A DNA stretch of 64,000 bases from positions 1 through 64,000 of the forward strand of contig DF237138.1 in assembly GCA_000708835.1 (NCBI GenBank). The letters run 5' to 3'. This document shows, one piece after another, positions 12,231 through 25,534 of this stretch (position 1 is the stretch's first letter; each line of letters begins with the position of its first letter). Below the pieces are notes generated by a model, which ran no database searches, was not told the origin of the DNA, and saw only the letters and a program-made list of their open reading frames with translations. Position numbers and translations under genes: made by a program. The DNA is from Klebsormidium nitens (Eukaryota > Plantae > Klebsormidiophyceae).

Positions 12231-12788
12231 NNNNNNNNNNNNNNNNNNNNNNNNNNNNNNNNNNNNNNNNNNNNNNNNNNNNNNNNNNNNNNNNNNNNNN
12301 NNNNNNNNNNNNNNNNNNNNNNNNNNNNNNNNNNNNNNNNNNNNNNNNNNNNNNNNNNNNNNNNNNNNNNNNNNNNNNNNNNNNNNNNNNNNNNNNNNNN
12401 NNNNNNNNNNNNNNNNNNNNNNNNNNNNNNNNNNNNNNNNNNNNNNNNNNNNNNNNNNNNNNNNNNNNNNNNNNNNNNNNNNNNNNNNNNNNNNNNNNNN
12501 NNNNNNNNNNNNNNNNNNNNNNNNNNNNNNNNNNNNNNNNNNNNNNNNNNNNNNNNNNNNNNNNNNNNNNNNNNNNNNNNNNNNNNNNNNNNNNNNNNNN
12601 NNNNNNNNNNNNNNNNNNNNNNNNNNNNNNNNNNNNNNNNNNNNNNNNNNNNNNNNNNNNNNNNNNNNNNNNNNNNNNNNNNNNNNNNNNNNNNNNNNNN
12701 NNNNNNNNNNNNNNNNNNNNNNNNNNNNNNNNNNNNNNNNNNNNNNNNNNNNNNNNNNNNNNNNNNNNNNNNNNNNNNNNNNNNNNNN
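12231..12788. other. Assembly gap (558 N)
   Basis: Run of N. The ORFs 12207-12812 and 12219-12800 are artefacts of the gap. Confidence 0.99.
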
Positions 12789-13312
12789 GGAAACCGGTAG
12801 TGAGAATTTCAATCGGTGAACCAGACTCTTATGTAGGTATAACCTCTTGATGGTTGAGCGGATATGAACTGCATTCGGCCGAATTTGAGGCTACCGGAAA
12901 AAGCGACTTCCTTTCTTGTTCTTCAAACTTCAAAGCCTGTAGCCTGTGTAGGCTTCGATGTGAGTCGTGAAGATGCTGATGAGAAGAATGAAGAAATGGG
13001 CGCCTGACCAGGTGGTAACATCGAAAGCTAAGCCTTTCGAAGGCCTCTTGGAATCTAGTGCAAGTTGGATGCTTGCTTCTTGAATAAGCATTGAGCATGC
13101 AACAACTTGTGCGAGGATACGTTCAACCTCTCACCAAGATGGACACCGTTTCAGTAACACTTTCCAATTGTCTTCAATCCTTCTTTGCTCCTAAACGGAA
13201 GCCCCCAAGATAGGTCTCTTCCACACAAAGCGGGAATCTTAAGAAGCTTGAAACTCTACAACCCCAAAGGTTTTACATTCTGACACTTGCAATATCTAGA
13301 GTTCTTTCCGAG

Positions 13313-16300
13313 ATGGGTCAGTTTTGTGGCAAGGCCTCTAAGACGGATGGGGAAGGTGTTCTTTCTTACGATGTGCAGCAGCTTGAGGTTGAGGAGCCTC
13401 CTGTGCAAGTGGTGGGGTCTTGGCAAGTGCCTTCAAAGGGTAAACCCTCCCCGTTGGGTCGGCCGCCGCTGTCACCTCCTCGCGATCCTCCATCGAGCAA
13501 GAAATTGAAAAAGAGCAAGAGCAAAAAGGATAAAGAGAAGAAGGGCTTTAGACAGGTGAGCACATAGCTGCCGTTCGCTTCGCTTGAAATGGGTGCGTTT
13601 GCCAGGATCCTTTCAGATCAGGGTACGTTCTGTGTGAAAGGTCGTCCGTAACTTGATCAAGTTAGCAATATATATTGGTTTGGATACTCAAGAAAATTCT
13701 ATCATGTTCTCGTCTTCGTTTGTGAAGTGCAAGGGGCGTGACATTGTTGGTCTTGGAATCAAGAGTACAGGCTTTCTGATGAATGCTTCGGGAAGGACTA
13801 GTGGTCATGAAACCCTAAGCTTTGGTCTGCTTGTGTTCCTCAAAATGCTTGATTGCTACATTCAACCAGCAGGAAGAGGCGTCAACAGGCGCTTGGATTT
13901 TGCTTTGGCTTCAGTCATACGTGGTCGTGAGCTGTTGGGTTTCTACTAACATCGCACAAGCAGGTCCAGTACATGGAACGCACCAAGTCGCAGGGGGTGG
14001 GATGAGGAGGTCAATGGGGGCTTGTCAATACTTACCTTAGACTTTCAATATTCCACCCAAAAAATCCAATGATGTATCTTTCTGGTTTGTTTATTGGTAA
14101 ATCTTGTATCAGCGCGGCCTCAATGTCAGTGAGAATGAGCGGTCTGAATGAAATAAGCAAGTAGGAGCCATCGTGACTTGCTCCGCAAGCCAGCCCCTTA
14201 CAGCCACTCTTGTCATCGCTTCTTCAGACGCTGGATGCTTGGAGCAGCTTCGGCAGCTTCAATGGGAGCATTAATGAGCGGCAGGGGCGAGAGAAGCGGG
14301 TTGGAATCCTTGGGTTCGAAGTTGCCAACCTGGTAATGAAGATGATGAATCTTCGGTTGGCACTGTTTGAAGACGAGCTGAGCCGGTTCAAGGAGGAAGT
14401 GATTCTATCGGAAGCGTCAAGGAAGCTGATCTCAGAGGACGAGCGGACGCTGTGGACCATAGCTGCGCTGGATAGGCGGTGGGACTCTGCACGACCCTTA
14501 TGTCTCCCCTACTTCAATTCAGCACCGAATTCGTGCTCGTTTGTTTCTCTAATTCATTTGGCTCTTCTTTGAAGGCATTGCAGTTGAGGAATCTGATAGG
14601 CGTCGGACTGACGTTGTACTCGAAGCTCGCTTCTTTGTCTTTCTGAGGGTTCCCCTGAATGCAGTGATGAGGTTCCATATTCGGGTGGAGAGGGAGTGCC
14701 CTGGGAGTTTTTAACATTTGGGGGCTATTTGGGCGCGGGACTTTGCTGGCAGATCGCTTCTTCCAGAGGAAGATTGAAATGTCGACATAGCAATGTACCG
14801 GTACTGAGCTCTGCTGAATAGACACCAATGGCGAAGGGACCATCAACTACTCTTGTTATAGAACGTGATGGGGAATCGGTGTTCGGGCAGAGTCCGTGCT
14901 TTTCTGTGACACCAGGGCAGGTCGGCTGCATTCTTTGTCACTATGTCGTGCATATCTTCAACCCTTTGACCAAGTTTGACCAGCATTGAGGTCAGGTGGT
15001 GGGGACCATTGGGGCAAGCATGGGCATAGTCTGTTCCATTCGGGTTTTTGGGAGTTCTGCTCAGGATTAGCGATGCCCTCCTCTTGCCTCTTTGTGCCTT
15101 GCTACGGCCGTTCTGTGTTGTGCGCCTGCCTGGCAATGGCGGGAGCACTAGTCCATTTCAAGAGTGGTCAAGACTGGTTCTGGTATCGCGCCCGGTTGCT
15201 TTGGCATTCCGCCAAATCGCATTCTTGGCGATACACGATTGAAGAAGTTGCTTACAAGGGTCCGAGATCTCATCTGGTTTCTTGCTGCCTACCACCCCGT
15301 CATTCACATCGAGCCCCTTACTTATGGATACTGAGGGCACGGTTCCGTTCAACAAGTCTCGTAAGGCTCTTCCTTTGACGTTCATTGTTGAGCCCCTCAG
15401 TTATCTCGATGGAAGTCCACCGAGTCAGCATTTTGAATTTTAAGCCTCAATATGCTTGGTCAAGATTTGCGAAACGCTTTCAATGACCCACCTTCTGCTT
15501 CCCCGCTGCAGGCGGGAACTGGCTGGACTCATGATGGACGTGGCCAGACTGGGCAAGCAGAGTGCCGACGCCGAGCTGCAGAAACTTGACAAGAAATTTG
15601 CCAGGTGAGAATCTGCTTCTAGCAAATGGGGACGCACATAGTGTGGGTGTGCGAAAGTTGAGAGGTGGAAGGATCCGCGATAAAGAAAGTAAATATAGGA
15701 GGGGCGGAACGCTGGAAGTTTGGGAGGGATTTCGAGCTTGTCTGCCCTCGAGTTGTGGGACAGGATCCACAGGACCCTCTTTTCATTGCGTACCTCCGAG
15801 CGGAGTTTAACGACCTCGCATGATACCTCCTACCTCCGATCGTGGATAGTGGACCCGCTTTTCAGTCCTCATGGTGAACTTGAGTCCTCTTGCATGTTTG
15901 TAAAGTGTGACGTCCAAGCAAGCGGCTGTCAAATTGCAATCAGATTCAGAGGGGTTCAACAGGGTCTCAGCTTGTTTTGGCGTCACAAGTCATAAACCTC
16001 TTTCTACTGGCCTTGAGTAGGGTCTCAATTGTTAGGGGCATTTGGACGCAACCGAACGCCAGGCAGAGACTCGCCATGTCAAAAACTTGTATCTGACTTC
16101 CTCGGAAACACTAAGGCCTCTTTTTCTGTACCAACTTCTTCCAAACCACTCACTGTTAAATGTTTTCCAGCCAAGTTGAGTCTTTGCTCTCTCGTTTCAC
16201 AGCCTTGGTGCCGAAGGTGAAGTACGGCCGAAGCTGTCGCCGTCCGAGGTGGAGGCAAACATCGAGTGGCTACAGGAGCAAGTCGCTTCTACGGCAGTGA

Positions 16301-19300
16301 GTGCTTTCAATCTTTTTTGCAGAGAACAGTTGTTCGCCTGAAACTGCTTAGCCGGGCTCTGGGATTGTATTGTCAATCTGACCAGAGCTTGCAACCAGTG
16401 AATCGAAATCGTCCCTTCGATTTTCGACTTGCTTCAACATTCCTTGGTCTAGGGAAAGGTCCATTTGGGCCCCGAGCAAGCCGAATCCATTTTTCCAGAT
16501 CTACAGAGAGGGATTGAACGAAGGATCGCATGTGGCTGGAAATGCGGGCTCCTTACCAGCGCTGGGGACAGTGGAGAATGAGTGTCCGTCGGATGTACAT
16601 CAGGGGCGTAGGCGAATGATATCCTTACTACAGTCCAGAAAAGAAGCATGCCAAGCCAGGCTGGGAATGCTTGAGCACACTTCCGCCATAAATTACATTG
16701 CAGGATAGTGAATTGTTTCGTTTCCTCTGCAGGACTTGTATCACGAGCTGCTTGCGTTGGACACGGTGAATGCGAGCCTACGGCGGACCCAGGCGGAGGA
16801 GGAACAGTTCCCGGGAACGCAGAAAGGTGAGATAACGTGCCAGTCGTCTCTTCCCCGAGGTTTGGCAGCTGCTTTTGTTTTTCCAGTTTTGTTGGAGTAT
16901 TCGAGGAAATGCCGATATGTCCCAGTCGATGGGGCTGAGGCAGATCTTCGAATCTGATGGCACATAGAATAATCTTACTGGGGTAACAGAATGGGATACA
17001 AGGTCGTTGGCTTTGTGCGCTTACCTGCAAGAAAATGGACTAGATTGGAGGACGTTCTGCCGGGTGATCGCCCGTTGATCTGCTATACATTCAATGAACC
17101 ACAAATTGAAGCACCCGGCGTGAGAAGGAGAACCATACAGGCTTCCTTATCCGCCTGCAAAGAGCGCGTGCTGAAATAGTCGCCTGCTCATAGAGCCTTT
17201 GCGCTCTTTTTACGGGCGATTGTCTATCTGCTCCGACCCACGCCGTCGTTAGAAACGCCGGTGTGCTGGTCTTAGATGCATTTAGCTTGATACGGCATGG
17301 TACCCGTTGAGAGGGGAATATGAAGACACCTCTGATCGCCTGCAGAGAGTGCGATGGCGATGAAGCAGGGGGCAGAGGATCCATTTGCGGTCGTTCATTC
17401 GGACACTGGACCGGAAACTCGGAAGCACCCTGCCAGTAGATCGGGCATCGTGCTGCTCCAATACTGCACGGAACTTGTGGGAAGGAGAATTGTAACAAGT
17501 TCAGTCTGCAGATTTCGTGGAGTCCCAAAGCAGCCGCCTTTTCAGAGCGCTTCTGCGCCTCTTTCCAGAAGTGTCGACTATTCCTTCGAGTACGCCCGTT
17601 CTTAAAAGCCATATGTAAAGATCGAACTGTATCTGCTTGCAGCGAACGTTACGGTGCTAAAGTAGCAGGCAAAGGAGCAGGCTGGCTTATCGTCAGAGAG
17701 ATTACCAGATTCTTGAGTACATCCTGCCATTAATGTGCGTTGTGTTAAAATATCCAAACAGCCCTAGAATCCGCACGAAATTCGTTCTTCAAAGAGGACT
17801 AAGATCACTCGAAAGAGCCTCTCTCCGAAGGGAAGCTGCGCACTGGCCCTCACTCGTTGTGTAGTCTGGCGAGGCACTGCACTAATGAGATCCCGGACAG
17901 GGAATTGAGTACTTTCTCAATGCCCGCAGAGAGCGTGGGCGTGCTGAAGCAGGAGGCAGGGCGCCTTTGCGGCCTATCTTCAGGTCACCCGACCGGTCTT
18001 TTGTTAACACCCTGCCATTATGTGTGAAGCATTTAATGAATCAAGACCGGTTACCGCAGAGGTTTCAAACTTGCATCTCTCTCCTTGCCCGCAGAGAGCG
18101 TGGGCGTGCTGAAGCAGGAGGCCAAGGAGCAGGAGCGCCTGGTGCGCAGCCTCAAGAAGAAGGGCCTCTGGTCCAAGAAGCTGGACCACATCCTAGAAGT
18201 GCTCGTCGAGCTAGTTTATGCGCTCTACGAACAGCTCATTGACGCCTTCTACCCCGAAGGTAGGCCAGTACCTTCGGTGCTAAAAGTTTCACAAATTGCA
18301 CCTCCTGTTGAACCTCATTGTTCTGTTGCTTAGTTCTATTCCTTCGAATGGGTATCCTCGTCCTTACAAACAGCTCGTTGGGGCGTTCTGTCCCGGAGGC
18401 AGGCTATCCCTTCACGACTTCGTGATGGCGTTTTCGTCGTCCGTCCACGGCCTCGGACGTGTTGTTCGTCGCTGCTTTTGAAACGTCTTTTCGTATCCTC
18501 TTTCAGTGAGCCTTTCATCGCATATGTGCATGTGCTACTCAGTTGTTCGATTTTCTGGCTTGGTGAAAGAGGACGGAGCAAGCAGGAAGTCCTGCTCCTG
18601 CTGCGTACCGTCGGCAACTCTTCAGCGATAATCCGTTCTTGGAACGTGTTCTCAACGTTCAGTCATTGCGTTCCGCTCTGTCCTTTTCTTGACGTTCAGT
18701 GCGCTTATTGACGTAAGTCGGTCGCCCGTGAGTTTTGTTGACTTTATGCGTTTGTTGACTTTAGTGGTTCGGGAGAGGCCTGGCCCTAAGAACTGAACAG
18801 CCTCTACGAGCAGGGATTTTTGCTAGGGAACGAAGTTTTGTGATCTGGAAAAGCATCTTCGACATCTGAGCTTGTTGATACCGTGTTTGCCAGTCATGGA
18901 GGAGACCCTGCGCGCGCACCCCGCAAAAGCGGGCCACGAGAACGAGCTGGGCGTGCAGGGCCTCTCGTTACACTACGCCAACGTCATCTCCGCCATCGAC
19001 AGGATGGTAAGCACCGAGACCCTTTTTAAACAATCAATGGGAATGCTTCAGAGATAAATTTATGGCGAAAGCGTTCGACCAATGCGTATTGGATGGATTA
19101 AGAGTTTGGTATGAAGAGAGGATTCCTTTTGAACCCCGAAGGGGTGGATTGCCAACTGAGACAGACAGTTAGACAGACAGACGGTCGAGAAGTTCAATTC
19201 AGCTTTAGACTAAGTAAATGCTTGTTGGTCGGGGTGTACTAGAGGGTCGCAGCCAGGTTGTTGCTCTTCACAGAAGGCGCTTTTTGTGCACGCCGCTTGA

Positions 19301-22300
19301 AGCGTAGCTGGCCGCAGAGTGGCCGGTCGGAAGTCAAGCAAAAGCTCGAGTTCCTGTGTTTTGGTCAAATTATTCTTTCCCAATTTGTGTCATGTCTGGA
19401 TCGCCACACCCGGCCGGATATTTCCAGAGCCTGATCTCCTTGGCTACGCATTCTGGGCGTCAATCCTGCATCCTGCATCCCTAGCTCTTCATTCAAGCCA
19501 GGCACTGAATGTGGATTCATGAAGCACCGGTACCTAAACTAGGAGATCGAAAGGTGTACAAAGTTCCACTTTTAGAAGAGAGCCCAGAGAGACGATTCGG
19601 GGTCTTATTCTGCTGTTCTTACTTACCTCCAGGTATCGAGGCCCAACTCGGTGTCCCCTGCCTCCCGTGACGCGCTATACCAGATGCTACCCCAGGGAAT
19701 CAAGGCCTCGCTCCGAGACGAGATCAACAAGCCTCTGGAGGACGATTCCGTGGCCGGAATCCGCCGGAACCTGGACGTGATTCTGGACGTTGTGACACCT
19801 GTGGCCGGGAACACCGTCAGGTGAGCTGGGCTCGCATGGAGCTTTTCTGGGCTGCGAACCTTTCTCGAGCTTCCTGATCCGAAAATGCCTTCCTCTTCAA
19901 CAGTCAAATGCTGGGTTGTGTTTCTCTAGGCTCGTCCTAAATTGGCCAGCTGTTTGTTGCAAAATTCGCTCCAACAGTCAAATGCTGGGTTGTGTTTCTC
20001 TAGGCTCGTCCTAAATTGGCCAGCTGTTTGTTGCAAAATTCGCTCGTATTTTGTCGGTAGTATTGTCAACCGGCTCGCTTTCGCTTGTCAGGATCTCCGG
20101 CGGATGGGCTCTTTTCCTCCCGTTGTTTTCCGATTTTCGCCTTGCGCTTTTCCTCAACCTTATGCCGGTTTAGGAGTCGCTCCAAGTGACCTCCTTCGGG
20201 GCGACCCGCCGTGTGCGTCATACCAAATATCCACAATCACTGCAAACTGGTTCCCTCACGCTTTCCTGAGATCCTAAGAAGAAAATTCCAACTTGTAAAC
20301 CCTCACTTTCCAGGTGTTGCTCCGACGGCCGTCTGCAAGGCCACTCAGACCTGTGCCTCAATTTGTACTGACTCTGAACCACGTCATGTTACACATATAC
20401 AACTTTTACAAGGTTTCACCAGAAGCCCGTAAGAACCTGACTGCTGAAAGTCCAGATTATTTCCTCTCGTCAGGTGGTGCTCCGACCGCCGCCTGCAGGG
20501 CCACTCCGACCTGTGCCTCATGCAAACGCTCCACCACGCCGATCGGGCCCGCACCGAGTCCCTGCTCCTCGACCTTGTTGTCAACCTCCACCACCTCATG
20601 TCCCGCGCCAAGAACCCCCTCAACCCCTCGGGGAAGTCCCCGAACCGCACCCCCAGTCGTAGCCCAATCATGACCCCCCCCCGTGCATTTGCCGCGAGTG
20701 GCCCGGATGCTGACGTGGCGGAGGCGCTGGAAGAGATTCCGGTGCATCTGCGGGCGTCCGTCGAGCCGAGCGTGGTGGAACGGGCGGACGCTATTTTGGC
20801 GAAGTTGGATGCACTTCGGACGGTGCACTTGCAGGATAATCGGGCGGCGGGGGTTGCGAGCGGGCGTTTCGTGGAGGTGGGCGGTTCGGAAGCGGGCGGA
20901 ATGAACGGGATGGGCGGAACGAACGGAATGGGTGGAATGGGCGTGCACGATAGTGCTCGGCGGCAGAGCGGTGCAGACGGAACTGAGTTGCGGGATGCGG
21001 CCCGGCGGGAAGAGTCGAAGGGCGGTGCGAGGGCTTTGGGCGCGGTCGAACTAACCGTAACTGTCGACAACCGGGAAGAGGCAGATTCTAGCGAACCGAC
21101 TGCAGGGAACGGGGTGACGTCAGCAAAGAGCCCGCGGATGAGCCCGGGGGGGAGCCCGCGGGGGGTCTCTTTGTGGACGGCGATGGCCGATGATGTGGAA
21201 CGGCGGAAGTCCGAGGACGGCAGTCAGACGCCGGATGCACGAGAAACGGTTCCATCGGATGCGTTCGCTGCGGACACGTTCGATAGCCCCCCGGGGTGGG
21301 GTCTCGGGCTGTTGAGAAAGTCGATGAGTGTTAAGCGAGACGGGGTGAAGGTCGACGGAAATGCTTCGGGGGGGGTGGGCGATCCGCACGGCGGAACGCA
21401 TGTGGGAACTCAGCCTGAGGGGCCGACGAAGCTGCACAGAGCGGGTTCGGGCGGGATTCCGAGACTCGGGGAAGAGGACGTGAAGATTCTGCCGAAAGGC
21501 TGGCATCCGGCGGACCGCATTCTGGAAGGAGAGGACGGGGAGGCCGTTTTTGGGTTCAGGAACCGGTTAGGCAGTAACCATAGCGGTTCCAGCCGTCACT
21601 ACGCCGGGTTGAGAGGGGAGGGGAACTTCAGGTTGAGCGAAGAGGAAGGGCCGTCGACGGATGGGGTTAAGCCGCACAACGGGTTGGTTGGGCCTGACAG
21701 GCTTCGGTTAAACGGTAACCAAGGAGGGTTAGAGGGAGTTGAGGATATGTTCGCACGGGATCACTATGGAGGGCTGCGGGGGGAGAGTTCGTTTGGGTCA
21801 AGCGTCAAGATCGCCGAGTCTAGTGGGGCGGAAAGTCCAGGATTACAAAGCGAGGTCAGCCTAAATGACGGAATCGGTTTAGCTGAGAAGTTCCATTCGG
21901 ATTCCTACATAGATCTCAAGGTCCGAGGTTACAAAATGTCGTCCGATCTGTATCAGCCGACGGGCCTCGGACCAAACGGGACCTCGAACGGGCAATCGGA
22001 CCACGGCTTGACCCACAGCGGGGGTGGGTTAAGGCACGGGTTTGGGTCTGACCTGCAGATCGGAGCAGTCAACGAGTCGGATCGGGTTGGTAACGGAAGT
22101 GCGGACTCAAACCCGTTATCGACGCAGAGGTTTGCGGAAGCAGCTGGCAATGGTGGTGTTACTGACCAGGCTCGGTCTCCGGGTAAGTTGAATGCTCATG
22201 TCAACGCTAACTTTCAGATGTATCGTTCAAGCGGGTCTCCGTTGGCAAAGGAATGTGGCAGCTTGGAGGTCGTCCTGCGTTTGCAAGCATTCTCAGATTG

Positions 22301-23485
22301 TCCACGGAAGAAAAGCTTCGTGCATTATTGACTTCTTCAACACGTCCGAAAGCATTGTGTCGCTCTTGGCAGGGACAAATGCAGAGATTCTCTCAACGTG
22401 TGTGTATGTATCCCACTTTCCTTTCGAGGGACCAATTTTCGCTAAAGCCGTTCTTTTGAAATGCAGCCGTTACTGAAGGAAAGCTGTCAGCTCAAGTCTT
22501 AAAAACTGCTTCGTGAAACCCCGGCTATCAACCACTTTGCATTTACAACCCCTTCACTCAGGACATGGTTGTCAGTACTCTACTCCTCTGGTCTGTTCTG
22601 CCGCTTTGTTCTGATTTCCGGTGAGAGGAGGTTGAGTTGAAAGCTAAGGCTGTAGGTGCAGACCGTAAAGACAGCATTCCAGAGACCTTTCAGCACCTCC
22701 TCTGCTAGTATCCAGCTGACGTTGGTTGACCCTTGGTCCTCAATATTGCTTCCCCACCAACTTGCTGCTAACGAATACTTGTCTGCTTGGCTCAATCTAA
22801 CCTAGATTTTTGGACAAATCAGACGCGGACCCTTTGGCCGATATTCAAACGATGCTGGACGGAAAGTGCGAAGGTTGTCTCCATTTCTCCCTTCTTATGC
22901 AAGTCCTCGGCTTCTGGAATATACGTCACTACCATTTGAAAGCAAAACATTCATAATGCAGATGGACAAGCCCCGGTACAAAGCTACCCGGGCGACTTTG
23001 CCAAGCTCACCCACCGGTCATCCGACCCCGGGGCACTCCCCTCGAGGCCCCACCCACCGTCCCATTCCGCGCGGAGCAACAGCTACAGCGGCCCTCAAGA
23101 CCCTACCGGGGCTCGAAAGTCCCGCTTCAGCGTGCAGGGCTCCTCGCAGGGGAACGACACCCGTAGTTATAGCGAGAATAACCTCCACGGGTTAGGCCAA
23201 CCCCCAACGAGAAAGAGTGGGGAGTTGTGGCACGATGCAAGGAAACTGAGCGGAGAGCTCAGAAAGCATAGCGGGGAGCTTAAGTCCCCGGGGAGTAGTA
23301 AGAGGCTTAGTCATGAGGTGCTCGGGTCGCCGAGGACGCCCCGGCGGTCGAGCCCCAATAGCCGGTCGTTGCATAGAAGGACGGGTTCGATGTCGCGGTC
23401 CCCAGGATCGTCTATGAGCTCGCCCCGGTCGCTTGAGCCGCTCAGTCCGGCGGGCGTCATTGACATCGATTTGATTGATATTTGA
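13313..23485 (+). CDS. DUF3475 + DUF668 domain protein (PSK SIMULATOR/PSI-like), ~1168 aa. Exons 13313-13555, 13964-13996, 14228-14478, 15512-15604, 16203-16296, 16733-16826, 18095-18259, 18894-19006, 19633-19820, 20474-22182, 22962-23485
   Basis: DUF3475-type VGILGFEVANLVMK...SEASRKLISED...AALDRRRELAGLMMDVARLG; DLYHELLALD; LKKKGLWSKKLDHILEVLV. DUF668-type LGVQGLSLHYANVI, RDALYQMLP, PVAGNTVRW, QTLHHADRARTESLLLDLVVNLHHL. All introns are GT-AG and phase-consistent; exon 2 is the least certain. Confidence 0.9.
19898..20045. repeat. Perfect 74-bp tandem duplication in an intron
   Basis: 19898-19971 is identical to 19972-20045 (caacagtcaaatgctggg...aaaattcgctc). Confidence 0.95.
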
Positions 23486-25534
23486 GACGGCCCATAAGGG
23501 CACTGGTTGGCGAGCAGCTCGATATGAGTCATAGTCTAAATGGATCATCCAGAGAGCCATGAACCGCATGGTCATTTGGAAGGCTAAAAGGAGCAACTTC
23601 AGGTCATTGCAGGGCGCAAGAGTCACCAACTCTCGAGGATTGACGCATGCTTCAAGGAGTATGCATCTGTGATTTCACTCCTGAGGTTTTTTGCTAGAGC
23701 TCCATGATGATTTCTGGCAGCGTGTAGTGCGTAGATACTTATAGTCAGGAAGCGTTACAGGCATGAGCCTGAGGTACTGCGAGATACCGTACGGTATGGT
23801 ATGTTCATCTTGCATGTGCGTGGCCAGGACGTGTTGGACGATTGATCTGACATGGACGGTAGTCGGACTCATTACATTAAAATCTGCTGGATTTAGTACT
23901 GCCTACAAATCTTCGATCGATTTGGTACTGGATTGAATATAATAGCGCACACAATGATGGGCAGCATATTCGCTGACACCGGGAGCCTGTTAAAGCGGGC
24001 AATTGTTCCGACGCGCGCCACACAGTGCATTGTTCGTATTGGTACATGACACACACCAGGGTACTTAACATATGGCTCGCAAAAGCAAGGCCTCAACATG
24101 ATCAAAGGCGGCGTGGGCATGCATGCTCGATTAGCGATCGGAGTTCCCATGGCAAGATCGGGACATGGCCGTCTTGATTCGTCGGAGATGGCATGGAGAA
24201 GTTATTGAAGTCGAGACGTTGCGTGTCCACCTGTCAGAGAAAGATTTACTTGCAGGATGAGGTACAAATCGCCGTCGATCGATGTTATCGTCCATGCTGA
24301 CCGTCGATTTCATGTTGGGGGTTGCGCAACCCTAGGCCTTGAACCGTCGCACGGTACCTACTAGTGTCCTCTACGACAACTTCCGGTACTCAAGCGGAAG
24401 TTTTGCGACGGGGGTCCCAGTCAGCCTACAGTAGTAGGCTCATTTTGGCAGGGTAGTATCGAACATTTGGATTCCGATGTTTACGGCGTAGAAGTTTTTG
24501 GCTAGACTTCTCACGCTACCAGGCGGTATTTTAATCCTAGCTTGGAAGTTCTCGGCTGCTGCCCGGTCCAGTTGTTCCTGTCTAAAGGTCTCGCAATGAA
24601 AACTTTCACATGTAGAGGCTTCTGACATGAAGGTACATTTTACCGTACATAAAGTACAAGTGTATTTATGTTTTTCGTACGGTACTGACAACATTTGTAC
24701 CTCGCAAGTCGCGACTCTGACACATTTGGGCTTCGGGGGTACCACCGCGACCCGCGATACACATAACTCCACCACCGACTGAGTACCGGCCCACCCCCTC
24801 CAGCGGCAAGCTCCATCGCACGGTGCAGAATTGGATATTGGAGCATCCACGGTTAATTGTACCTCATCCTGCAACGCAATCTTCTCTGACAGGTGGGGGA
24901 CTTGGATTTCTCTAAAAACGTTAGGGGCATGCTTGCACGCCTCTTCTAGAACGCTATGACAATCAGGCCGGAGAACTTAGAACCAGGACCACGCAAAACT
25001 TAAAATTTTGATGGTACTCGGACATGGGTTACAGTAGTCTAGGTTTATGTGTACGTCGACTTAGTACGTTGAGTTGGGTCATGTGGCTGGGGGATGGGTG
25101 AAATTGGTTTGAGGGTTTAGGCTGGGTACGCGTGCGGAGCATGTTGACTTTTGGTTCAGGTTTGTGTTTCTTTGAGCCCGGGGACTTCATCTAACTCAAC
25201 ATACAATCAACTTGACATATGATCGAGACGTATGCAAATTACTCCAATGCCTTGCGCATGCATTTCATTGACCACCTTAATGGCTGCAAGACGTCGCCAT
25301 ATTGCATGCGGGCATCGGGATTGCTGTTATTGTATCATGCAATGTTCCTACTCTTAGTCGAGATTAGAAGAGCACCTAATTTTAACCTATTCTCGGCTCG
25401 ATATACCTAAGACTCAACGGGGTTATTTCTAACCAATGCAGACTACCTAATCAGCGGCCACGCGCGCGCGCTACTCCATTTTTATGGTTGATCTCAATTG
25501 CACTTAGTCCTTCGCATACCTGACAACTCGCTAC

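Noticed and set aside
12207-12812. Long ORFs of X residues
   Set aside because: Artefacts of the N gap.
20384-21506. Long antisense ORFs (228, 163 and 128 aa) over the DUF668 large exon
   Set aside because: Shadow ORFs of GC-rich coding sequence with no recognisable motifs.
24440-24950. 144-aa minus ORF with a faint Helitron-Rep-like phrase, and a hairpin plus CTAG near 24925-24948
   Set aside because: The similarity is too weak, no Rep/helicase motifs are present, and the hairpin-to-CTAG spacing is atypical.
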